Of a DNA stretch of 64,000 bases, positions 10,343-18,688 are shown one piece after another. The notes beneath the pieces are model-generated. The model was not told the origin of the DNA and searched no databases. It worked only from the letters and a program-made list of their open reading frames with translations. Source of the DNA: Rubrivivax sp. (GTDB lineage: Bacteria > Pseudomonadota > Gammaproteobacteria > Burkholderiales > Burkholderiaceae_C); contig DYOR01000002.1 of NCBI GenBank assembly GCA_020720385.1, positions 977-64,976 on the forward strand, in the 5' to 3' direction. Made by a program: the position numbers and the translations under genes. The first letter of the stretch is position 1, and every line of letters starts with the position of its first letter.

Positions 10343-11542
10343 ATGGAACTGCCCCAGCGCGAGTTGCGGCGCCTGCTGCTGGCACGTGCGCTGCGTGCGC
10401 TGGCCGACGGTTATGTCGCGGTGCTGTTGCCGGCCTATCTGCTGGCGCTGGGCCACCAGGCCTGGGCCGTGGGCTTGATCAGCAGCGGCACCTTGCTCGG
10501 GTCGGCGTTGGCGACGCTGGCGCTGGGCGCCTTTGGCCACCGCTGGCCCGTGCGCCGCCTGCTCAGCGCAGCCGCGCTGCTGATGGCGATCACCGGGGCC
10601 GCCTTCGGTGTGGCGTCCGGTTTCTTGCCGCTGCTGGTGATCGCATTTGTCGGCACGCTGAACCCGAGTGCGGGTGATGTCAGCGTCTTCCTGCCGCTCG
10701 AGCACGCGCGGCTGGCCACCCTGTTCGAGGGCGACGCACGCACGCGGGCCTTTGCGCGCTACACCATCGTCGGCTCGCTGGCGGCTGCCTTCGGCGCGCT
10801 GCTGGCCGGGCTGCCGGCGTGGCTGGCTGGCGCGCAGCAGATCGACCCGCTGGCCACCATGCGGGCCATGTTTGTCCTTTATGGCGTGGCCGGCGTCGGT
10901 GTGTGGGCCCTGTATCGCGGGCTGCCCGCCGACGCGGGCCATGCCGGCCAGGTGCAGAGTGCGCCGCTCGGCGCGTCGCGCCCGGTCGTGCTGCGCCTGG
11001 CGCTGCTGTTCAGTGTCGACGCCTTCGCGGGCGGGCTGGTCGTCAACGCGCTGCTGGCGCTGTGGTTGTCCACGCGCTTCGGGCTCGACGCGGCGCAGGC
11101 CGGCGCCTTCTTCTTCTGGGCCGGTTTGCTGACCACCGCCTCGCAGTGGCTCGCTCCCAAGGTGGCCGATCGTCTCGGCCTGCTCAACACCATGGTGTTC
11201 TCACACATCCCGGCCAACCTGTGCCTCATCGGCGCCGCCTTCTCACCCTCGCTGGCGCTGGCACTGGCACTGCTGTTCCTGCGCAGCGCGCTGTCGCAGA
11301 TGGATGTGCCCACGCGCTCGGCCTTCGTGATGGCCGTGGTGACGCCCGCCGAGCGGCCGGCGGCGGCCAGCTTCACGGCCGTGCCGCGCAGCCTGGCCGC
11401 GGCGCTGAGCCCGACACTGGGCGGGGCCTTGTTCGCCGCGGGCTTCATGGCCATGCCGCTGGCCTTGTGCGGCGCCTTGAAGATCGGCTATGACCTTGCG
11501 CTGTGGGCCGCATTCCGCAGCCATGCCGGCCCCCCGCGATGA
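10343..11542 (+). CDS. MFS transporter
   Basis: 399-aa ORF starting 1 nt after the previous stop, with about 12 hydrophobic helices and an MFS-like loop (GHRWPVRRLL). Confidence 0.8.
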   Translation: MELPQRELRRLLLARALRALADGYVAVLLPAYLLALGHQAWAVGLISSGTLLGSALATLALGAFGHRWPVRRLLSAAALLMAITGAAFGVASGFLPLLVIAFVGTLNPSAGDVSVFLPLEHARLATLFEGDARTRAFARYTIVGSLAAAFGALLAGLPAWLAGAQQIDPLATMRAMFVLYGVAGVGVWALYRGLPADAGHAGQVQSAPLGASRPVVLRLALLFSVDAFAGGLVVNALLALWLSTRFGLDAAQAGAFFFWAGLLTTASQWLAPKVADRLGLLNTMVFSHIPANLCLIGAAFSPSLALALALLFLRSALSQMDVPTRSAFVMAVVTPAERPAAASFTAVPRSLAAALSPTLGGALFAAGFMAMPLALCGALKIGYDLALWAAFRSHAGPPR

Positions 11543-11716
11543 GCCCGCGCATGCCGAGCATGGGGGGGCCACACCCGGCTTGCGCATGCGATCGAGCGCG
11601 CGTGGGTCGCCTGGGGATGCGGCGCCGTCGTGTCCATCGCGGGCGAGCAAGGCCAATTCGTGCTGTCCTCGCAGGCCTTCGATCTGGTGTCCCGGCCCAA
11701 CGCTGGCGGGCCGGCG

Positions 11717-12205
11717 CTACCCGGCCGGGCGCCTGAGCACCGCCACCGCGGCCGCGCCGAGCAGCACGAACAGTGTCAGGCTGTAGAACTCGTAGGGCAC
11801 GCCGAGCAGCGTGGCGGCGGCGTCGGCGCAGCTGGTGTAGGCGGCGAAGACCTGGGGCCACAGCGCGTCGATGCCCAGCCCGCCGACGATGCGGTCGGCC
11901 AGGGTCATGTTGCACGAGGGCGATGTTGCCGCCACATGGTGCTGCCACAGCGCGGCGGCCACGCCGCAGGCGGCCAGGGCGAACATCAGAAGCGCGGCCA
12001 GGCGTCGCAGCCAGGGCGGGCGCGCGGCGAGCAGCCCAAGCAGGGCGGACAGCGAAATGCCGACGAAGATGAGCCGCTGCAGCACGCACCATGGGCAGGG
12101 CTGCATGCCCATCCCATGCTGCGTGACGAGCGCGGCGCACACCGCCGCGACGGGCAGCACGGCGGCGGCGGCGAGCAAACGCCGCGCGCTGAGCCCGGCT
12201 TTCAC
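11717..12205 (-). CDS. dsbB: Disulfide bond formation protein B
   Basis: The GTG at 12205 overlaps the ridA-like stop (GTGA). It has four TM helices, a first-loop Cys pair (QPCPWCVLQRL) and a second pair (SPSCN...YTSCADAA). Confidence 0.8.
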   Translation of the reverse strand: MKAGLSARRLLAAAAVLPVAAVCAALVTQHGMGMQPCPWCVLQRLIFVGISLSALLGLLAARPPWLRRLAALLMFALAACGVAAALWQHHVAATSPSCNMTLADRIVGGLGIDALWPQVFAAYTSCADAAATLLGVPYEFYSLTLFVLLGAAAVAVLRRPAG

Positions 12206-12660
12206 CCGACCTCGGCGGTGAGCTCGATCTCGACGCACGCGCCCATCGGCAGCTGGGCGACGCCGAAGGCGCTGCGCGCATGCGCGCCGACCTCGGGTCC
12301 GAAGACCTCGACGAGCAGTTGGCTGCAGCCGTTGGTCACCAGGTGCTGCTCGGTGAAGGTGGGCGTGCTGTTGACCAGGCTGAGCACCTTGACGATGCGC
12401 TTCACGCGCGCGAGGTCGCCCACGGCGGCCTGCAGCGTGCCCATGAGGTCGATGGCGATGGCGCGTGCCGCGGCCTTGCCCTCCTCGGTGCCCATGCTCA
12501 GGCCGAGCTGGCCGACCCAGGGTTTGCCGTCCTTCTTGGCGATGTGGCCCGAGATGAAGACGAGGTTGCCGGTGCGCACGAAGGGCACGTAGGCGGCGGC
12601 GGGAACGGCCATCGCGGGCAGGGTGATGCCCAGGGCTTGCAGGCGGTCGGAGATGCTCAT
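12202..12660 (-). CDS. RidA/YjgF family reactive-intermediate deaminase
   Basis: The ATG at 12660 gives 152 aa. ...GNLVFISGHIA...RVKRIVKVLSLVNS...ARSAFGVAQLPMGACVEIELTAEV is the typical RidA family pattern. Confidence 0.85.
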   Translation of the reverse strand: MSISDRLQALGITLPAMAVPAAAYVPFVRTGNLVFISGHIAKKDGKPWVGQLGLSMGTEEGKAAARAIAIDLMGTLQAAVGDLARVKRIVKVLSLVNSTPTFTEQHLVTNGCSQLLVEVFGPEVGAHARSAFGVAQLPMGACVEIELTAEVG

Positions 12661-12704
12661 GGCGCTTGGTTCCAAGGTGTTTGCGGCCATCCTACACTGC
12701 GCGC

Positions 12705-15700
12705 ATGCGAGGACGCGTCGGGCCCGCGGCGCGCGGTGCGCTGCCCGTGCTGGGTGCGCTTGCCGGCGTGGCGTTGCAGTTGCAGCAGGCGGTGCTGTGG
12801 CCCGGGGCCGCAGCCGCCGCGCTGTGTCTGGCCGCGGTCTCGGGCCTGCTCATGGCTTGGCGCTGGCGCAGGCACTGGGCAGGGACGCTGACCCTCGCCC
12901 TGGCCGCGGCGGCGTTGGGTTTTGGCAGCACCTCGCTGCGCGCGGGCGCGCGCCTGGCCGAGGCCCTGGCGCCCGCACTCGAAGGCCAGGACGTGGTGGT
13001 CACCGGCCGCGTGGCCGAGATGCCGCACGCCAGCCTGATGGGAACGCGCTTCGTCCTGGAGACCGAGTCGGCGCTGTGGCAGGGCCGCAGCGTGACCCTG
13101 CCGCCGCGGCTCTCGCTGGCCTGGTACCGGGGTGTGGACGACGACGCCTTGCTCGGCGGTCCGGCCGAGGCCTTGCGCGCCGGGCAGCGCTGGCGGCTCA
13201 CGCTGCGCCTGCGTGCACCCCACGGCAACGTCAACCCGGGGGGCTTCGACCTCGAGCTGTGGATGTTCGAACAGGGCATGGGCGCGAGCGGCTACGTGCG
13301 CGCCAAGGCGGATGCGGCGGCTGTGAAGCTGGCCGAGAACGCCGGCCACCCCGTGGAGCGGCTGCGCCAGGACCTGCGCGATGCCATCGCCATGCACGTG
13401 CCCGACGCGGCGGCCGCCGGCGTGCTCGCGGCCCTGGCCATCGGCGACCAGGCGGCCATCGACCGCCAGGGCTGGGACCTCTTCCGCATCACCGGCGTGG
13501 CGCATCTGATGTCCATTTCGGGTTTGCACATCACGATGTTCGCCTGGCTCGTCGGTGGCCTCGTGGGGCGCTTGTGGCGCATGCATCCGCACCTCCCCCT
13601 GCGCCTGCCGGCGCCTCTCGCCGCACGCTGGGGCGGGCTGGCCGTGGCGGTAGGCTACGCCCTGCTCGCCGGCTGGGGCGTGCCGGCGCAGCGCACGGTG
13701 TGGATGATCGGCGTGGTGGCGCTGCTGCGCAGCAGTGGCGTGCGCTGGCCGCTGCACGCGGTGCTGCTGGCCGCGGCCGCGGTGGTCGTGGCGTTCGACC
13801 CCTGGGCGATGCTGCAGCCGGGCTTCTGGCTCTCGTTCGCCGCGGTGGCCTTGCTCGTGGCGGCCGAGCCGGTGCGCGCGCAGGACGATCCCGCCGCGGG
13901 CTGGCGCGCGCGCCTGGGGGCCACGTTGCGCGGCGCGCTGCGCACGCAGGCCGTGGCCACGGTGGGCCTGGCGCCGCTCACCCTGGTGTTCTTCCAGCAG
14001 GTCTCGCTGGTGGGTTTCCTCGCCAACGCGCTGGCCATTCCCGTGGTCACCCTGCTCATCACGCCGCTGGCCCTGCTCGGCGTGCTGCTGCCGCCGCTGT
14101 GGACCCTCGCCGCGGCCATCGAGCAAGGGCTGGTGGCCTGCCTGCAGGCCCTGGCGACCTTGCCGCTGGCGCTGTGGCAGGCTGCCGCGGCACCGGCCTG
14201 GGCGGTGGCCTGCGGCTTGCTGGGCGGCGCGCTGGCGGTGCTGCCGCTGCCCTGGCGGCTGCGGCTGCTCGCCGTGCCGCTGATGCTGCCGCTGCTCGCG
14301 CCGCCGCTGCAGCGCCCCGGCGAGGGCGAGTTCGAACTCGTCGCCGCCGACATCGGCCAGGGCAGCGCCGTGCTCGTGCGCACGCGCGGGCATTTGCTGG
14401 TGTTCGATGCCGGGCCGCAGTACTCGCCCGAGTCGGACGCCGGCAGCCGTGTGCTGCTGCCGCTGCTGCGCGTGCGCGGCGAAAAGCGCATCGACCGCCT
14501 CGTGCTCAGCCACCGCGACACCGACCACGTGGGCGGCGCGGCGGCGCTGCTGGCCAGCCTGCCGGTGGGCGAACTGTGGAGCTCGCTGAGCGCCGAGCAC
14601 CCCTTGCGTGCCGAAGGCGTGGCGCAGCGGCGCTGCGAGGCCGGACAGCGCTGGGTCTGGGACGGCGTGCGCTTCGAGATGCTGCACCCGCTGCCGGGCG
14701 ACTACGCCCTGGCCGTGAAGAGCAACGCCCTGAGCTGCGTGCTGCGCGTGCAGGGTGCGGGGCACAGCGCCTTGCTCAGCGCCGACATCGAAGCGGCGCA
14801 GGAAGCCGCCCTGGTGCAACGCGAGGGCGCCGCGCTCAGGAGCGACGTGCTGCTGGTGCCGCACCACGGCAGCCGCACGTCTTCGAGCGCGGCGTTCATC
14901 GACACGGTGCAGCCCCGCGTGGCCGTCGTTCAGGCGGGCTACCGCAACCGCTTCGGCCATCCGCTGCCCGAGGTCGTCGAACGCTACCGCGCGCGTGGCA
15001 TCCCGGTGGTGCGCAGCGACCGCTGCGGCGCGTGGACGCTGCCGGCCGCGGGCCCGCCGATCTGCGAACGCGAACGTGGTGTGCGTTACTGGCATCATCG
15101 GCTGCAGGGGGAGGCCGGCACGGCGCCTCGAGGGCGGCCCGGGCGCCGCGGCCCCGCTTCCCGCATCAAGTGGCCCGCAGCTTGCAAGAGCAACCCCATC
15201 GCCTGCCCAGGAGCCCCATCCCGTGTCCATCCATGTCGCGCTGAATCACGTCACGCATTACCGCTACGACCGTCGCGTGGCGCTGTCGCCGCAAGTGGTG
15301 CGCCTGCGGCCCGCCCCGCACTGCCGCACGCCGATCCTGAGCTATTCGCTGCGCATCGAGCCCACCGGGCACTTCGTCAACTGGCAGCAGGACCCGTTTG
15401 CCAACCACCTGGCGCGGCTGGTCTTCCCCGAGAAGACCACCGAGTTCAAGGTCACGGTGGACCTGGTGGCCGACATGGCGGTCTACAACCCCTTCGACTT
15501 CTTCCTCGAACCCGAGGCCGAGAGCTACCCCTTCGCCTACGCCCCCGAGCTCGAGCACGACCTCGCACCCTACCTGGCCCGGGGCGAGCTGACGCCGCGC
15601 CTCGAGGCCTTCGTGGAGAGCATCCCACAGGAGAAGATGCGCACGATCGACTTCCTCGTCGGCATCAACCAGCGCCTGCAGCGCGAGATCAGCTACCTGA

Positions 15701-16496
15701 TCCGCATGGAGCCCGGCGTGCAGACGCCCGAGCTCACGCTGACGAACTGCAGCGGCTCGTGCCGCGACACCGGCTGGTTGATGGTGCAGACCTTGCGCCA
15801 CCTGGGGCTGGCCGCGCGCTTCGTTTCCGGCTACCTGATCCAGCTGCGGCCCGACGTCAAGTCACTCGACGGCCCCACGGGCGCCGAGGCCGATTTCACC
15901 GACCTGCACGCCTGGTGCGAGGTCTTCCTGCCCGGCGCCGGCTGGGTCGGGCTGGATCCGACCTCGGGCCTCATGGCCGGCGAGGGACACATCCCGGTGG
16001 CGTGCACGCCCGAGCCCTCCACGGCGGCGCCGGTGAGCGGCGCGGTCGACGACTGCGAAGCGAGCTTCGAGCACCACATGCAGATCACGCGCATTTACGA
16101 GAGCCCGCGCGTGACCCTGCCCTACACCGACCGGCAGTGGGCCGGCGTGCTCGCGCTGGGCGCGCAGGTGGACGGCGAGCTGAGGCAGCAGGATGTGCGC
16201 CTGACGATGGGCGGCGAACCCACCTTCGTCTCGGTCGACGACCGCGACGGCGCGGAGTGGAACACCGACGCGCTGGGCCCCACCAAGCGCGGCTTCGCCA
16301 CCGAACTGGTGCACCGGCTGCTGGCCAAGTACGGCCAGGGCGGCTTCCTGCACTTCGGCCAGGGCAAGTGGTATCCGGGCGAGCCACTGCCGCGCTGGGC
16401 GCTGGCGATCTGCTGGCGTGCCGACGGCCAGCCCTGCTGGCACGACCCGGGGCTGTTCGCCGACGAGCGCGACACCCACCGCTACACCACCGATGA
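12705..16496 (+). CDS. comEC: DNA internalization-related competence protein ComEC/Rec2 (formal ORF; the recognisable protein ends near 15110, with no stop codon until 16496)
   Basis: The ATG is at 12705. The competence domain (GVAHLMSISGLHITMF) and the C-terminal metallo-beta-lactamase domain (LVLSHRDTDHVGG...LLVPHHGSRTSSS...GYRNRFGHP) are both present. Homology-like sequence ends about ...CERERGVRYWHH (about 15105). The frame then stays open for 1.27 kb as Arg/Pro/Gly-rich sequence overlapping the next gene. Confidence 0.8.
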   Translation: MRGRVGPAARGALPVLGALAGVALQLQQAVLWPGAAAAALCLAAVSGLLMAWRWRRHWAGTLTLALAAAALGFGSTSLRAGARLAEALAPALEGQDVVVTGRVAEMPHASLMGTRFVLETESALWQGRSVTLPPRLSLAWYRGVDDDALLGGPAEALRAGQRWRLTLRLRAPHGNVNPGGFDLELWMFEQGMGASGYVRAKADAAAVKLAENAGHPVERLRQDLRDAIAMHVPDAAAAGVLAALAIGDQAAIDRQGWDLFRITGVAHLMSISGLHITMFAWLVGGLVGRLWRMHPHLPLRLPAPLAARWGGLAVAVGYALLAGWGVPAQRTVWMIGVVALLRSSGVRWPLHAVLLAAAAVVVAFDPWAMLQPGFWLSFAAVALLVAAEPVRAQDDPAAGWRARLGATLRGALRTQAVATVGLAPLTLVFFQQVSLVGFLANALAIPVVTLLITPLALLGVLLPPLWTLAAAIEQGLVACLQALATLPLALWQAAAAPAWAVACGLLGGALAVLPLPWRLRLLAVPLMLPLLAPPLQRPGEGEFELVAADIGQGSAVLVRTRGHLLVFDAGPQYSPESDAGSRVLLPLLRVRGEKRIDRLVLSHRDTDHVGGAAALLASLPVGELWSSLSAEHPLRAEGVAQRRCEAGQRWVWDGVRFEMLHPLPGDYALAVKSNALSCVLRVQGAGHSALLSADIEAAQEAALVQREGAALRSDVLLVPHHGSRTSSSAAFIDTVQPRVAVVQAGYRNRFGHPLPEVVERYRARGIPVVRSDRCGAWTLPAAGPPICERERGVRYWHHRLQGEAGTAPRGRPGRRGPASRIKWPAACKSNPIACPGAPSRVHPCRAESRHALPLRPSRGAVAASGAPAARPALPHADPELFAAHRAHRALRQLAAGPVCQPPGAAGLPREDHRVQGHGGPGGRHGGLQPLRLLPRTRGRELPLRLRPRARARPRTLPGPGRADAAPRGLRGEHPTGEDAHDRLPRRHQPAPAARDQLPDPHGARRADARAHADELQRLVPRHRLVDGADLAPPGAGRALRFRLPDPAAARRQVTRRPHGRRGRFHRPARLVRGLPARRRLGRAGSDLGPHGRRGTHPGGVHARALHGGAGERRGRRLRSELRAPHADHAHLREPARDPALHRPAVGRRARAGRAGGRRAEAAGCAPDDGRRTHLRLGRRPRRRGVEHRRAGPHQARLRHRTGAPAAGQVRPGRLPALRPGQVVSGRATAALGAGDLLACRRPALLARPGAVRRRARHPPLHHR

Positions 16497-18663
16497 CGCG
16501 CGCGCCTTCATGGTTGGCCTCACCGAGCGCCTCGGCCTGGACAGGAAGTACGTGCAAGCCGGCTACGAGGACACCTGGTACTACCTGTGGCGCGAGCGCC
16601 GGCTGCCGGTCAACGTCGACCCGTTCGAGTCGAAGCTCGACGACGAGATGGAGCGCGCGCGCCTGCGCCGCATCTTCACGCAGGGCCTGGACAGCGTGGT
16701 CGGCTACCTGCTGCCGCTCGAGCGCGAATGGCAGACCGGCACCGCCGGCCCGCGCTGGATCACCGGCCCCTGGTTCTTCCGCGACGAGCGCCTGGTCCTG
16801 TTCCCCGGCGACTCGCCGATGGGCTACCGGCTGCCGCTGGACTCGCTGCCCTGGGCCAAGGACGACGAGCGCCAGCAGGTCATCGCGCAGGATCCGTTCG
16901 CGCCGCTCTCGCCGCTGCCTGGCGCCGCCGCGCTGCGCTCGCAGGTCGGCGGCCGCCCCGGCTACGACGCCCACCATGCCGGCGATGGCAAGGCCGGCCC
17001 GCACCTGCCCGAGGTGCCGCATCCGCGCGGTGCCGACGCCGTGCCGGCGCGCCACGAATCGGCCGGCTGGCTGACGCGCACGGCGCTGTGCGTCGAGGTG
17101 CGCGACCCGCAGCGTGCCAACGGCCCTAAAGCGGAGAGGACAGCCGAGAGCGAGCAGGGCGGCAAGAGCGGCGTGATGTACGTCTTCATGCCGCCGCTCG
17201 AGCACCTGGAGGACTATCTCGAACTGCTCGCCGCCGTCGAGGCCACGGCCGCGGCGCAGGGCGTGAAGATCGTGCTCGAAGGCTACCCGCCGCCGCGCGA
17301 CCCGCGCCTGAAGTTGCTGGCCGTGACGCCCGACCCGGGCGTGATCGAGGTCAACATCCACCCGGCATCGAGCTGGGAGCAGCTCGTCGACCACACCGAA
17401 TTCCTCTACGACGCGGCGCACCACACGCGCCTGTCGACCGAGAAGTTCATGCTCGACGGCCGCCACACCGGCACCGGCGGCGGCAACCACATGGTGCTGG
17501 GCGGCGCCACGCCGGCCGACAGCCCCTTCCTGCGCCGGCCCGACCTGCTCGCCAGCCTGCTCACCTACTGGCACAACCACCCCAGCCTGAGCTACCTCTT
17601 CAGCGGCATGTTCATCGGCCCGACGAGCCAGGCGCCGCGCATCGACGAGGCGCGCAACGACCAGGTCTACGAGCTCGAGATCGCGCTGGCCGAACTCGAG
17701 CGCCAGACGGCGCTGCATGGCGCGGCGGTGCCGCCCTGGCTGGTCGACCGCAGCCTGCGCAACCTGCTCATCGACGTCAGCGGCAACACCCACCGCAGCG
17801 AGTTCTGCATCGACAAGCTGTACTCGCCCGACGGCCCCACCGGCCGCCTCGGCCTGCTCGAGCTGCGCGCCTTCGAGATGCCGCCGCACGCGCGCATGAG
17901 CCTGGCGCAGCAACTGCTGCTGCGCGCGCTGGTGGCGTGGTTCTGGCGCGCGCCCGACCGCGGCCGCGGCAGCACGCGCCTGACGCGCTGGGGCACCGGG
18001 CTGCACGACCGCTTCATGCTGCCGAGCTTCGTGCGCATGGACTTCGAGGACGTGATGGCCGAGCTGCGCGCGGCCGGCTACGCCTTCGACGACGCCTGGT
18101 TCGCGCCGCACTTCGAATTCCGCTTCCCGCTCATCGGCGAGCTGGCCAGCGCCGGCATCGCGCTCACGCTGCGCAGCGCGCTCGAGCCCTGGCACGTGAT
18201 GGGCGAGGAGGGCGCGCCGGGCGGCACCGCGCGCTATGTCGACTCGTCGCTCGAGCGGCTGGAGGTCAAGGTCAGCGGCCTCAACGGCAACCGCCATGTC
18301 GTCACCGCCAATGGCCGCGCGCTGCCGCTGCAGCCCACCGGCCGCGTCGGTGAGTATGTCTGCGGCGTGCGCTACCGCGCCTGGCAGCCGCCCTCGGCGC
18401 TGCACCCGACGATCGGCGTGCATGCACCGCTCACCTTCGACATCGTCGACCGCTGGATGCAGCGCTCGCTGGGAGGCTGCCGCTACCACGTGGCGCACCC
18501 GGGCGGGCTGAGCTACGAGGACTTCCCGGTGAACGCCTACACCGCCGAGAGCCGGCGCCTGGCGCGCTTCTTCCGTTTCGGCCACACACCCGGCCGCATG
18601 GACGTGCAGCCCGCGGCGCCAGGCCTCGAGCACCCCTTCACCATCGACTTGCGCCAGCCCTGA
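15223..18663 (+). CDS. Large transglutaminase family protein (Bact_transglu_N + transglutaminase core + DUF2126-type C-terminal region)
   Basis: The GTG at 15223 has AGGAG 8 nt upstream, giving 1146 aa. It starts (M)[18 protein letters not shown] as family members do. The catalytic Cys context is [31 protein letters not shown]. Confidence 0.9.
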   Translation: MSIHVALNHVTHYRYDRRVALSPQVVRLRPAPHCRTPILSYSLRIEPTGHFVNWQQDPFANHLARLVFPEKTTEFKVTVDLVADMAVYNPFDFFLEPEAESYPFAYAPELEHDLAPYLARGELTPRLEAFVESIPQEKMRTIDFLVGINQRLQREISYLIRMEPGVQTPELTLTNCSGSCRDTGWLMVQTLRHLGLAARFVSGYLIQLRPDVKSLDGPTGAEADFTDLHAWCEVFLPGAGWVGLDPTSGLMAGEGHIPVACTPEPSTAAPVSGAVDDCEASFEHHMQITRIYESPRVTLPYTDRQWAGVLALGAQVDGELRQQDVRLTMGGEPTFVSVDDRDGAEWNTDALGPTKRGFATELVHRLLAKYGQGGFLHFGQGKWYPGEPLPRWALAICWRADGQPCWHDPGLFADERDTHRYTTDDARAFMVGLTERLGLDRKYVQAGYEDTWYYLWRERRLPVNVDPFESKLDDEMERARLRRIFTQGLDSVVGYLLPLEREWQTGTAGPRWITGPWFFRDERLVLFPGDSPMGYRLPLDSLPWAKDDERQQVIAQDPFAPLSPLPGAAALRSQVGGRPGYDAHHAGDGKAGPHLPEVPHPRGADAVPARHESAGWLTRTALCVEVRDPQRANGPKAERTAESEQGGKSGVMYVFMPPLEHLEDYLELLAAVEATAAAQGVKIVLEGYPPPRDPRLKLLAVTPDPGVIEVNIHPASSWEQLVDHTEFLYDAAHHTRLSTEKFMLDGRHTGTGGGNHMVLGGATPADSPFLRRPDLLASLLTYWHNHPSLSYLFSGMFIGPTSQAPRIDEARNDQVYELEIALAELERQTALHGAAVPPWLVDRSLRNLLIDVSGNTHRSEFCIDKLYSPDGPTGRLGLLELRAFEMPPHARMSLAQQLLLRALVAWFWRAPDRGRGSTRLTRWGTGLHDRFMLPSFVRMDFEDVMAELRAAGYAFDDAWFAPHFEFRFPLIGELASAGIALTLRSALEPWHVMGEEGAPGGTARYVDSSLERLEVKVSGLNGNRHVVTANGRALPLQPTGRVGEYVCGVRYRAWQPPSALHPTIGVHAPLTFDIVDRWMQRSLGGCRYHVAHPGGLSYEDFPVNAYTAESRRLARFFRFGHTPGRMDVQPAAPGLEHPFTIDLRQP

Positions 18664-18688
18664 GCGGCGCCTCACCGACGCGCTGCCC

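Noticed and set aside
15230-16496. Possible extra C-terminal domain of ComEC
   Set aside because: The extension is Arg/Pro/Gly-rich junk in the third-position-shifted frame of a bona fide gene. I treat it as missing-stop read-through rather than a functional domain.
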